58,727 nt of DNA, from positions 1-58,727 of the forward strand of contig CAZNTG010000008.1 of the NCBI GenBank assembly GCA_964575955.1. Direction: 5' to 3'. Below, in pieces: positions 43,571 through 51,545 of the stretch. The position numbers were made by a program, and so were the translations under genes. The notes beneath the pieces were generated by a model. It had not been told where the DNA came from. It saw only the letters and a list, made by a program, of their open reading frames with translations, and did no database searches. Numbering within the stretch: position 1 is the stretch's first letter; each line of letters begins with the position of its first letter. The stretch comes from an uncultured Thermoproteaceae archaeon. Its GTDB lineage: Archaea > Thermoproteota > Thermoprotei > Thermoproteales > Thermocladiaceae.

Positions 43571-44143
43571 CTAGATTTTCTTGACAATCCACCTGCTGTA
43601 CTTCCCGTTTTCCAGCTTTTCCACACACAGTCCAAATGGTGCCAACACATCGTTCAAGGCAGTCTGTACTTCATCTGCGTATCTGTTCAGTGCTGACGGC
43701 CTGTAGTTCTCATCGTCTAGAACTATCTGTAGCTTCCTGATAAATGCCTGTAGATCTCTTGCCTCTCTGAGGTAGCACTCTATGACTTCACTACACTTGT
43801 GGCCTACGTTAGACACATCATGCCCCAGTAGGCGAGGTACGTTGCGTGGTGGAGCTTTCTCACAGAGTATGGCTGCTATTCTCCTTGCAGCATGTACGAA
43901 CTGCAGGGTCTGGAATAGTTCAGCTACTCGCTTGAGCGTGTGGGTAGACCTAGGATCAGCCTCTAGCAAGTCAACTACTACGTCATCTCCAACTAGACTA
44001 CGCACACCCTGTATCAGCACTAGGCCAAGTCTTATTATGTCCGCATACGTGAGTTCCTTCTTCGCAGACTTGCTCAGCTCATGACGTATCTTGCTGAGAA
44101 TTTCATGTAACTCATCCGGCATCTTCACCGTGGTTACCATCAC
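43571..44143 (-). CDS. RHH-like N-terminus plus helical C-terminal domain
   Basis: TTVKMPDELHEIL...TYADIIR. Confidence 0.6.
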   Translation of the reverse strand: MMVTTVKMPDELHEILSKIRHELSKSAKKELTYADIIRLGLVLIQGVRSLVGDDVVVDLLEADPRSTHTLKRVAELFQTLQFVHAARRIAAILCEKAPPRNVPRLLGHDVSNVGHKCSEVIECYLREARDLQAFIRKLQIVLDDENYRPSALNRYADEVQTALNDVLAPFGLCVEKLENGKYSRWIVKKI

Positions 44144-44243
44144 AATATGCTGTGCCTAGCTCTTCTTTAAATGCCAACCCTGTAGTCGATTAAGAGCGGA
44201 AGGCTTTATAAGTGGGTATACTAACAGTATCCATGGACGGAAT

Positions 44244-44984
44244 ATGGGCAAGTCATGTATTCAAGTCCTAAGGGAGTTGTATAGTATTCTCGTAAAGCTG
44301 AGAGATAAGGATCTTGTAACGCGTGAGGATCTTCAGAGAGTTAGGAAGCTGCTGGAAGAGACTGCCAAGAGCACGTACATCACAATCTCGCTGAGCCGTT
44401 ACCGTGAGCTATGTGATGTCTGTCCTAGCCCTGAGGAGCTCAGCAGATGTCTCAAATTCGTGAAAGAGCTTCTGGAGGAAATCGAGACTGAGGTCCCAGT
44501 CCCTGGATATGCGTTGGTGAAGTACATTCGCAGGGTGGAGCAGTATCTGACCGAGGTTGAGCGTAGGAGAACCGTAGTGTCTCGCCGCCTCTATGAGGAG
44601 GTCGCTAAAGAGCGTGATGAGCTCAAGAGGCGTGTTGTCGAGCTTGAGCGTGAGGTTGAGCTTCTCAGGAGGCTCGAGGACACGTATGTTAGGCAGGTTG
44701 TTGAGCTTCTAGACGAGAGGGAGAGGCTTCTACACGAGCTTGAGCAGGCGAGGATGCTCATGTCCAAGTACAGGACACTGTACGAGACCTACCTCAGCCT
44801 ATGCATGTGCCTCGCATGTGCAGCATCTAGACTCTTGGAGGAGAATGCTAGACTGTGCGAGGAGGCTCACCACCTCAGGACTGAGGTTGAGATGCTTAGA
44901 GAGGTGCTGAACGTGGTGAGGGAGACAGTGTCTGACAGGGCTAGGAGGAGGATCCTAGAGAAGGTGAGGAAGACCCTACAGTGA
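44244..44984 (+). CDS. Coiled-coil protein
   Basis: Long heptad-rich E/R/L sequence. Confidence 0.75.
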   Translation: MGKSCIQVLRELYSILVKLRDKDLVTREDLQRVRKLLEETAKSTYITISLSRYRELCDVCPSPEELSRCLKFVKELLEEIETEVPVPGYALVKYIRRVEQYLTEVERRRTVVSRRLYEEVAKERDELKRRVVELEREVELLRRLEDTYVRQVVELLDERERLLHELEQARMLMSKYRTLYETYLSLCMCLACAASRLLEENARLCEEAHHLRTEVEMLREVLNVVRETVSDRARRRILEKVRKTLQ

Positions 44985-44988
44985 GGCC

Positions 44989-45225
44989 ATGAGGCTAGTC
45001 GAGAAGATTGTCAAGGAGACACGTGCCAGAGCAATGATGAGCATCTTGACCAAGCTCATCGACCTGCTAAATGGCTTAGCAGCACTTACGCTGCTCGACA
45101 AGGATGTTGATACCACACTGAGGATCCTGGACATGCAGCATAGCCTAATCAAGATGCTGCAAGACAAGTGGACTCTCCTGCAAGAACTTGAGGACATGGA
45201 AGAGGACGAACAACCCCCATCCTGA
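44989..45225 (+). CDS. Small helical hypothetical protein
   Basis: Follows the coiled-coil gene closely. Confidence 0.55.
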   Translation: MRLVEKIVKETRARAMMSILTKLIDLLNGLAALTLLDKDVDTTLRILDMQHSLIKMLQDKWTLLQELEDMEEDEQPPS

Positions 45226-45348
45226 ACATCCATTCTTAAAGCTTTGAGAACGTCCATTCTTAACGTCTTAAGAATGGGGCTTGAGAAAGCCCACGGCCGT
45301 GTAGGACCATTCTTAAGGCTTTGAGAATGGAGGTTCAGGATGGGGGTT
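45212..45348. repeat. 39-bp inverted repeat enclosing three CCATTCTTAA-N4-TTRAGAA palindromes
   Basis: Arms 45212-45250 and 45310-45348 (4 mismatches); units at 45230, 45254 and 45307. Confidence 0.9.
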
Positions 45349-45379
45349 TGAGAAAGAGGGACGTGTTTTGAACCTGGGG

Positions 45380-45643
45380 CTAGACGTGTGGCACTGTTAG
45401 GAAGAAGGCCAGCATGAGCCAGAGGAGGCTAAGTATAAACAGTATTAGCAGTATCAGCCTGCCCTTGCTCACCTTAGCCTCTTCTCGATTCACTGAGCTT
45501 CTCGTAATTATCCTCCAGTAGGCTGCTGAGGGAACACCATCTTCCTCCTCTTCGCGCTTCTTCCTCTTTCTACGCTCCTCCTCTTCCTCTTCCATCATCT
45601 GTAGCATTATTTCGTAATCTATCTCCTCTCTCCATCTTCTCAT
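45380..45643 (-). CDS. Small charged protein with C-terminal TM
   Basis: Poly-E/K/R tract and hydrophobic tail. Confidence 0.55.
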   Translation of the reverse strand: MRRWREEIDYEIMLQMMEEEEEERRKRKKREEEEDGVPSAAYWRIITRSSVNREEAKVSKGRLILLILFILSLLWLMLAFFLTVPHV

Positions 45644-45649
45644 GCTATT

Positions 45650-47080
45650 CTACTTCTCTGGTGCTTCCTCTAGTCTCTTTCTCTCTAATCTCTGCTGTAC
45701 CTGCTGCACAATTTCTCTCTTCCTGGAGTAATATTCTGCTGCTGTGAATCTTATTCCTGCTTCAGCAGCTATTACTAGGTCCAGGAAGTTGAGTGGTGTG
45801 AATTTCTTCCACATTACTACTGCCACTGTTACTAGTGGTGTTATTGATCCTAGTGCTGCGAGTATTAGGAGGGTTGGTGCCTGTATTAGGAGTGCATTCA
45901 GTCCCTGTATGGCATCTAGTGCAATTTTCTGTGCTAGTGCACTATAGTTCACGTGGCAGTGGAATAGCCATCCAAAGATGTTGCACTTGACGTACTCTGC
46001 GGCTAGGCTTGCAGCGGCGGCTGCTGCATGTAGGAGAGTCTTGACTCCCCATGCAGCAACCTCACCTGCATGTACATACATTCCACCTATCAGCTGTGTT
46101 ACCACTGCACCTAGGAGGGTGCCAACTAGCAGTCCCCAGAACGTGCCTTCTATCGCAATGCCGAGACTGCGTAATGCGCGTATACGTACCTCCTGAAGTG
46201 CGATGCCTATCGGTAGGCAGATCTGCATTATCAGTGCAATGAGCAGTTTCAGATAGAGCATGAGTGCTACAAATCCTGTAGTTATGATGTGTAGCTGCAA
46301 TATCGATCCTGGAATCTTGCTCACGGCTGGGATGATGATGCCTGCAAGCGGCACCAAGAGTGGCAGTACTGTCAGCACGGTCATGATTCCCCACGCGACA
46401 AATCCTGCATAGAAGACATTCCAGTTCGTGACTGTGAACACAAGCTGGTTCCAGACGGATATTATGCTTGGCAGCAGGACTAGGAGGATGCCCGCAACAC
46501 AGCACTTTATCAAGAGTCCTCCCGATCTTCTAAACGCCTCGGCTGGGTCTCTCCCACTCGTGATCTCTCCAACAATGCTCCACAGGGAGACTGCTGCTAG
46601 GAACGCTATGACGCTTGCATTTACGAGGGTCACAGCTCCACGTGGCCCTAGCCAGCTGCTGGGCGCGAAGCACCTCAACTCTGGGACTCCAACAAAGATC
46701 TGCTGAATGATGTCTGGACAGACTCCTGTACCCGTGGGCACGGGTAGGAACGTGACGTTTGTAGCATTACCTGTAATAGATGTGTTTAGAATGTTTATGA
46801 ATGTTGAGACTGTGCCTGCGGTAGATGCAATACTCTTAACGCTCTTCACAATGAGCGTGTTCGTTCTGTCAAGCTTCTTCGATATGTTCATTAGAAGCCT
46901 ATTCTCCTCCTCTAACAGCTTAACAATCTTGTCTAGACGCTGCAGTATTGGCTTAACGTTAACCTCACACTTACAGTGACATACACACACGACCTTGGTC
47001 ACATTGCTACTATGGGCAATCCCCGACATGACTAGCAGAGCTAGGACAGCTAGGACAGATATCAGAGCCAGCCCACGCAT
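45650..47080 (-). CDS. Polytopic membrane protein, VirB6/TrbL-like topology
   Basis: ATG at 47080; signal peptide, coiled-coil, then many TMs including ..QICLPIGIAL. Confidence 0.55.
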   Translation of the reverse strand: MRGLALISVLAVLALLVMSGIAHSSNVTKVVCVCHCKCEVNVKPILQRLDKIVKLLEEENRLLMNISKKLDRTNTLIVKSVKSIASTAGTVSTFINILNTSITGNATNVTFLPVPTGTGVCPDIIQQIFVGVPELRCFAPSSWLGPRGAVTLVNASVIAFLAAVSLWSIVGEITSGRDPAEAFRRSGGLLIKCCVAGILLVLLPSIISVWNQLVFTVTNWNVFYAGFVAWGIMTVLTVLPLLVPLAGIIIPAVSKIPGSILQLHIITTGFVALMLYLKLLIALIMQICLPIGIALQEVRIRALRSLGIAIEGTFWGLLVGTLLGAVVTQLIGGMYVHAGEVAAWGVKTLLHAAAAAASLAAEYVKCNIFGWLFHCHVNYSALAQKIALDAIQGLNALLIQAPTLLILAALGSITPLVTVAVVMWKKFTPLNFLDLVIAAEAGIRFTAAEYYSRKREIVQQVQQRLERKRLEEAPEK

Positions 47081-47099
47081 AGGAGTGGAGAAAAGAAAA

Positions 47100-47252
47100 G
47101 GCGGGGAGAATGCCCCCCTTCTCCTCATCTCGATGATCCTCTTCATTTTTACATCCGTCCTGTCGGGATGAGCCCCATTATCGGGCTTCACCTATCTGTG
47201 TCCCGGGGGGCTGGGCCGCCTCGGTTCATTGGAGACCTCCCCGAGGCGGTCT
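47100..47252 (-). ncRNA. GC-rich structured leader/RNA upstream of the VirB6-like gene
   Basis: CTTAAAA box ~30 nt upstream of hairpin CCGCCTCGG/CCGAGGCGG; parts are repeated at 55855 and 58101. Confidence 0.45.
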
Positions 47253-47370
47253 ACAGAGAGCTCTCGAAGCTATCTTTTAAGTCCTTTTCTTAGTTGTCTC
47301 GGCTTATAGGTGTATTATGCCGAGTGCAGCTTGGGTGGATCGAGTAGTATATCGTCTATCTGTCTTAAAG

Positions 47371-47811
47371 TCATGGCAGCGCTAGGACTGCGTACTCGTT
47401 GTCAATCATCACAAAGTTTAGTTCACGTAGTGTTTTGCCTAGTAGCTTCTTCTCGGTCTCGTCTGTGCGTACGGTGTGTAGGTACACTGTCCTGACGTTG
47501 TAGTGTATCTTGAGGTCATCAAGAACGTACTTGAGTAGCTTAACGTATAGCTCAGCTATGTCACACCAGTAGTCTAGTATCAGCGCTGTCTCAGGTTGTG
47601 GGTAGCCGTACGTCCAGACCTTTGCCTCGCCAATAATGTTGCCATTAACAAACCTGTAGTGCAGCTCAGTTACACTATGCAAGTCACGTGGCAGTACGCT
47701 ACTATGCAGCTCAAGGTCCAGCTGCGTAACCTTGTGTATACGCTTCCTGAGGTACACCATGACACCATCAACAGCTGCTATCGGTACAGCCCGAGCTCCG
47801 TGGGGAGCCAT
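47371..47811 (-). CDS. Hypothetical protein, weakly GNAT-like (start may be 47760)
   Basis: Plausible globular ORF; ...LRELNF C-terminus. Confidence 0.55.
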   Translation of the reverse strand: MAPHGARAVPIAAVDGVMVYLRKRIHKVTQLDLELHSSVLPRDLHSVTELHYRFVNGNIIGEAKVWTYGYPQPETALILDYWCDIAELYVKLLKYVLDDLKIHYNVRTVYLHTVRTDETEKKLLGKTLRELNFVMIDNEYAVLALP

Positions 47812-47872
47812 GCTGAACCGCAAGTTTTAAGGACAGGGACAGAGCTTAATAACGACCTTCAATCCTATAAGA

Positions 47873-47920
47873 CCATTCTTAAAGTTTTGAGAAGACCATT
47901 CTTAAAGACGTTAAGAGTGG
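47873..47920. repeat. Two tandem CCATTCTTAA palindromic units
   Basis: CCATTCTTAAagttTTGAGAA and CCATTCTTAAagacgTTAAGAGTGG. Confidence 0.85.
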
Positions 47921-47954
47921 TGGGGTATTTAACCTGTCTAGACCTATCAACAAG

Positions 47955-48095
47955 ATGAGGATCAGGTTGGAGAGAGTGAATGATAGGGTAGTAACGATAT
48001 GCGAACTTGAGAATTTTGACCAAGACATCGTGCAGCTGGTCGAGCTGCTAAAAGCGAGGAGATATCGCAAACACATCAAAATAATCATAGAGTGA
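47955..48095 (+). CDS. 46-aa hypothetical protein
   Basis: MRIRLERVNDRVVTICE...; TATTTAA box upstream. Confidence 0.35.
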   Translation: MRIRLERVNDRVVTICELENFDQDIVQLVELLKARRYRKHIKIIIE

Positions 48096-48140
48096 GAAAA
48101 AGGAACACAAGAAAGAGCGGAGATCTTTAAGTTGTGTAGG

Positions 48141-48353
48141 CTAGTCCCAGGGTCTACATGTGTCGAAGAGCACTATTTTGCCCCTGTCCTTGACGCACAT
48201 TGCGATATCTCTCGCATATATGCTGACTTCGAGGTAGCTTCTCCTCGATATTATCGATCCTACACTTGTGTACTTGTCGTCCTTTGCCAGGCGTATCTTG
48301 ACCATGCTGAGTGGTGCGGTAAGTATCTTCTGACCCTCTACCAGCAGCATCAC
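48141..48353 (-). CDS. Small hypothetical protein
   Basis: ORF downstream of the KaiC-like gene; GAGGTG before ATG. Confidence 0.4.
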   Translation of the reverse strand: MMLLVEGQKILTAPLSMVKIRLAKDDKYTSVGSIISRRSYLEVSIYARDIAMCVKDRGKIVLFDTCRPWD

Positions 48354-48431
48354 CTCATCGCCGTAGTAGCGTAGTACGAGGTTAGCACCTACACGCTTGT
48401 CAGTTTTTGAGCCTAGGCCCGGGGAAGGGGG

Positions 48432-49448
48432 TCACTGTACTGGCTCTAGTATGAGCTTGCTCATGTCGCCTTCCTTAGCGAAGTCTATCCTGAACAGGTA
48501 GTGCTTGATCGCTGTCATCCTTGCCTTCTTTATTGCGAGGTAGCGCTCTAGCTTTTTGCTTGTCTTGACGTCGCTCATCCACGTCTCCATTACGACGTCT
48601 GCAATGTGCTCGGCTCCGAAGCCGAAGAGGCCCTTGGTCGTGGCTGCGTATTGGCAGGTCAGTAACGCCGTGATGTTATTCCTGTGGTAGGTAAGCTTCA
48701 GCTGGTAGCTGTATTTGCGTGCCATTGCTGGCTTATCAACCCAGAAAGTTGACATTGAGTCTATGATTAGGCGTATATGTTGACCCCTCTCAACCTCAAG
48801 AACCTCATAAGCCTTGTCTAGCGCATATATCAGCGTGTCAATACTCCATGGAGCGTAGATCTTCCTGCTCGTCTTCTTTGTCCTGCTCTCCTTTTCCTCC
48901 CTCTCCTCCTGCATGGCAAGCTTAGCTACGCGACTCAGACCGAAGAGGTCTATAACAACGATGTCAGGTGTCTTACTAGGCTTCTCAAAAGTCCACTCCT
49001 TGTCTTTGCGATCCCACTGTACGACCTCTGCAAGGTTCAGGATCTTGAACTGCATGAAGTCTATCCCGAACTGTCTTGCCTGTGTAACAATGTCATAGAA
49101 CTCCTGCTCAGTAGTGACGTAGATGACCTTGTCATCCCCCGCTATGAGACCAGCAGCTGCGAAGTGAATCGCTAGGATACTCTTACCAGTACCCGGCTCA
49201 CCACCAATAACAACCCAACTACCCTTAGGAACACCACCCTCAAGAGCATCATCAAGCCTCTCTATCCCAAAGCTCACTCTGGTGACCTTGACCTTCCCCT
49301 CCCCTATCTCTTCCCTACCCTTCTTGACCTTCCTGCGCTTGGTCTTCTTCTCGGTACCCTCCTCCTCGACCTCTTCCACAACTATGCCCTTCTCCTCAGC
49401 AACATCGAGCCCCGTCTTGAACTCGATTTTCTCGGACCTCTCCGTCAC
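48432..49448 (-). CDS. KaiC-domain ATPase, PAE1156-like subfamily, with acidic/basic N-terminal extension
   Basis: GGEPGTGKS, IDSMSTFWVDKPAMARKYSY, EHIAD, KKARMT; GTG at 49448 chosen because the upstream sequence is hairpin-rich. Confidence 0.85.
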   Translation of the reverse strand: MTERSEKIEFKTGLDVAEEKGIVVEEVEEEGTEKKTKRRKVKKGREEIGEGKVKVTRVSFGIERLDDALEGGVPKGSWVVIGGEPGTGKSILAIHFAAAGLIAGDDKVIYVTTEQEFYDIVTQARQFGIDFMQFKILNLAEVVQWDRKDKEWTFEKPSKTPDIVVIDLFGLSRVAKLAMQEEREEKESRTKKTSRKIYAPWSIDTLIYALDKAYEVLEVERGQHIRLIIDSMSTFWVDKPAMARKYSYQLKLTYHRNNITALLTCQYAATTKGLFGFGAEHIADVVMETWMSDVKTSKKLERYLAIKKARMTAIKHYLFRIDFAKEGDMSKLILEPVQ

Positions 49449-49610
49449 CTCTCCCCGGGCTGGAAGGCCCGGGGTTTCTTTCATCCTCTGTGCGGGCTCT
49501 CTCACCTTTTTGAGACCCGCATGATCAGGCATCATCTGTCAGTCCCCGGGGTGTGGGGTACCCCCAGACTCGGGCAATGCCCTCATCGTCTGGGGAGACA
49601 GACACCTCGC
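49449..49610 (-). ncRNA. Structured 5' leader with kink-turn
   Basis: ccccagac-GAT-GA-gggc-att-gccc-GA-gtctgggg plus two further GC hairpins; CTTAAAAA box upstream. Confidence 0.6.
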
Positions 49611-49707
49611 ATTTACCACAGGCTGAAGGATTTTTAAGACCATGTGACAATGCTCCTAATAGTGAACTTCTCAAGATCGAGACGCCGTTTTAACTCGTGT
49701 ATAGCTG

Positions 49708-49753
49708 GTCCCCGGAGGGGTGTGTCTCCGTGGGGGTTCCCGATGAGGGGGGT
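49708..49753 (+). ncRNA. Candidate small GC-rich RNA
   Basis: TTTTAA box at 49688; hairpin; contains TCTCCGTGGGGGT. Confidence 0.35.
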
Positions 49754-50002
49754 CTACTCCTCTGCTGGTATTATGATTACCCTAAACCTGTCATAGTTCT
49801 CGAGGTGTTTCGGTACTTGGACTATGATTAGCTTGGCTTTCTGTCTCCCACCCTTGGACACGCGTAGATATGTCTTGCAGCTTGGCCACATCACTGCTGG
49901 TCCTCTAACAACTAGTCCTCTAGATCTTTCGAAGACGTACGCTTCCTCAAGCTCGATGTACTTCCTGTTTGGTGCCTCTCTCGTCTTCACTTTCAACACC
50001 AT
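49754..50002 (-). CDS. Small beta-rich hypothetical protein
   Basis: 82-aa ORF divergent from parB. Confidence 0.55.
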   Translation of the reverse strand: MVLKVKTREAPNRKYIELEEAYVFERSRGLVVRGPAVMWPSCKTYLRVSKGGRQKAKLIIVQVPKHLENYDRFRVIIIPAEE

Positions 50003-50123
50003 GTCTCGGTCTAGGAGTTATAAGGCTCGCATCTCCAGGACGTGCACGTGTACGATACGTGTCAATGGACATAGAGTCCACGTCGCGACTTGACACAGCC
50101 CCCTTTTAATTGGCCTATAAGTC

Positions 50124-51545
50124 ATGTTCTTAACACACCTCAGTCCCAGGGAGGTCCTAGAGAAACTCAAGCCTCCACGTGAGGCAGTTTCCGACCCTAC
50201 GCCTGACGAGGACCTTGTCGAGTCTATCAGGAACGTTGGTGTCAAGGTTCCAATTATTGTAGATAGGAATTACGTTATCATTGATGGTGTTAGGAGGTTC
50301 AACGCCATTAGGAAACTGCTACAGGAGGGGGTCGAGCTTCCCCTAATACCTGTCCTAATCTTGAACGATGTTGACTATGAGGCAAGTCCAGAAGAGGCGC
50401 TGCTATGTGCGTTCTTAGTTAACAGGTACAGGAGGGGTGGACGTGATGATCACTTCAACACGGACCTAATCGCGGATCTGCTGCTAAAGCTTGCACTCAG
50501 GATAGCTAAGCCAGTAGAGAGGCAGGACCTTAGGAGAGGGACAATACCTGAGAGGGTACGTAGAGAGCTTGCAAAGCTTACAGGTCTATCACGTACACAT
50601 GTCTACGAGCTTCTTCAGAAGGCTCTTGCTAGGAGGAGGCTTGGTGTAAAGTCACCATGTACTACTGCTCAGGTTTGTCAGAGTTGCAGAGTTGAAAGTT
50701 CCACAGCACATCCTGAAGATGTTTCAACTCTGCAGACACATTCTATTCCTCGTCATGTCTCTGTGCAGAGTCTGCGCGTTGGTGAACATGGCTGTGGTGT
50801 AATACATGGTCGGTGTACAATTGGTACGCGACCATCAGGAAGGGGTGAGCATCAGGAAGGTGAGGACCTTAGTAGAGTCGTAGATGCTGTCTGTACTGCA
50901 GCTGAGAGACTTGGCAGTGGCTTTCTTAGAAAGGTTGCGCTAGGCGAGCTACCTACCAGGGTAGCTGAGGAGGCTGGAAGGATCTTGAATAGGAGCACAC
51001 GCACAGTCTTCGAGTACTGGTACAGACACCGTGATGCTATTGTTGAGGAGGCTAGGAGGAGGTACCTTGCCGACCTCAAGGTTCCCAAATCCAAGGCTGA
51101 GCTATTTCTGAGACTACCTGAAGATTTCATCAGATGGCTCAGACAGCTGTCGCCTTGGCTCTTGAAGAGGGTCGTAGAGCACGTTGATCCTGACGTTGTT
51201 GAGCAGGCAGCTAGGCTATTTCAGCATGGTCGTGAACGTGATTCTCTCCGCATTCTCGTAGAGGCTGCACGTGGCAGAGACATCTCCAGGGTAGACCTTC
51301 CCGACCATGTCATGGACATGGTTATCGAGCTTGGGACCTATGTCGATCTAGATCTTGCTCTTAGAGCCATAGTTGAGGTTGGTGCTGCATTTCTACGACT
51401 ACTACAGCACAAGGCAAGGTCCGTACCTGATCCAAGAACATTCTGCGAGTCAGCCATCAGGCAGGTCCTGTCACTATCCTCGATCAAGGATGTTCAGGAC
51501 CTGTGGCATGAGGTGAGGGATATCCTCGACATGGTGAAGCCATGA
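50124..51545 (+). CDS. ParB/Srx N-terminal domain plus HTH protein
   Basis: LVESIRNVGVKVPIIV...IIDGVRRFNA; ELAKLTGLSRTHV. Confidence 0.85.
   Translation: MFLTHLSPREVLEKLKPPREAVSDPTPDEDLVESIRNVGVKVPIIVDRNYVIIDGVRRFNAIRKLLQEGVELPLIPVLILNDVDYEASPEEALLCAFLVNRYRRGGRDDHFNTDLIADLLLKLALRIAKPVERQDLRRGTIPERVRRELAKLTGLSRTHVYELLQKALARRRLGVKSPCTTAQVCQSCRVESSTAHPEDVSTLQTHSIPRHVSVQSLRVGEHGCGVIHGRCTIGTRPSGRGEHQEGEDLSRVVDAVCTAAERLGSGFLRKVALGELPTRVAEEAGRILNRSTRTVFEYWYRHRDAIVEEARRRYLADLKVPKSKAELFLRLPEDFIRWLRQLSPWLLKRVVEHVDPDVVEQAARLFQHGRERDSLRILVEAARGRDISRVDLPDHVMDMVIELGTYVDLDLALRAIVEVGAAFLRLLQHKARSVPDPRTFCESAIRQVLSLSSIKDVQDLWHEVRDILDMVKP

Noticed and set aside
47081-47191. N-terminal extension of the membrane protein ORF
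   Set aside because: It overlaps repeated, structured non-coding sequence; the signal peptide starts at 47080
49449-49610. Box H/ACA guide RNA
   Set aside because: K-turn hairpin and internal loop are present, but the ACA is not at the canonical distance from the pocket; kept as a leader instead
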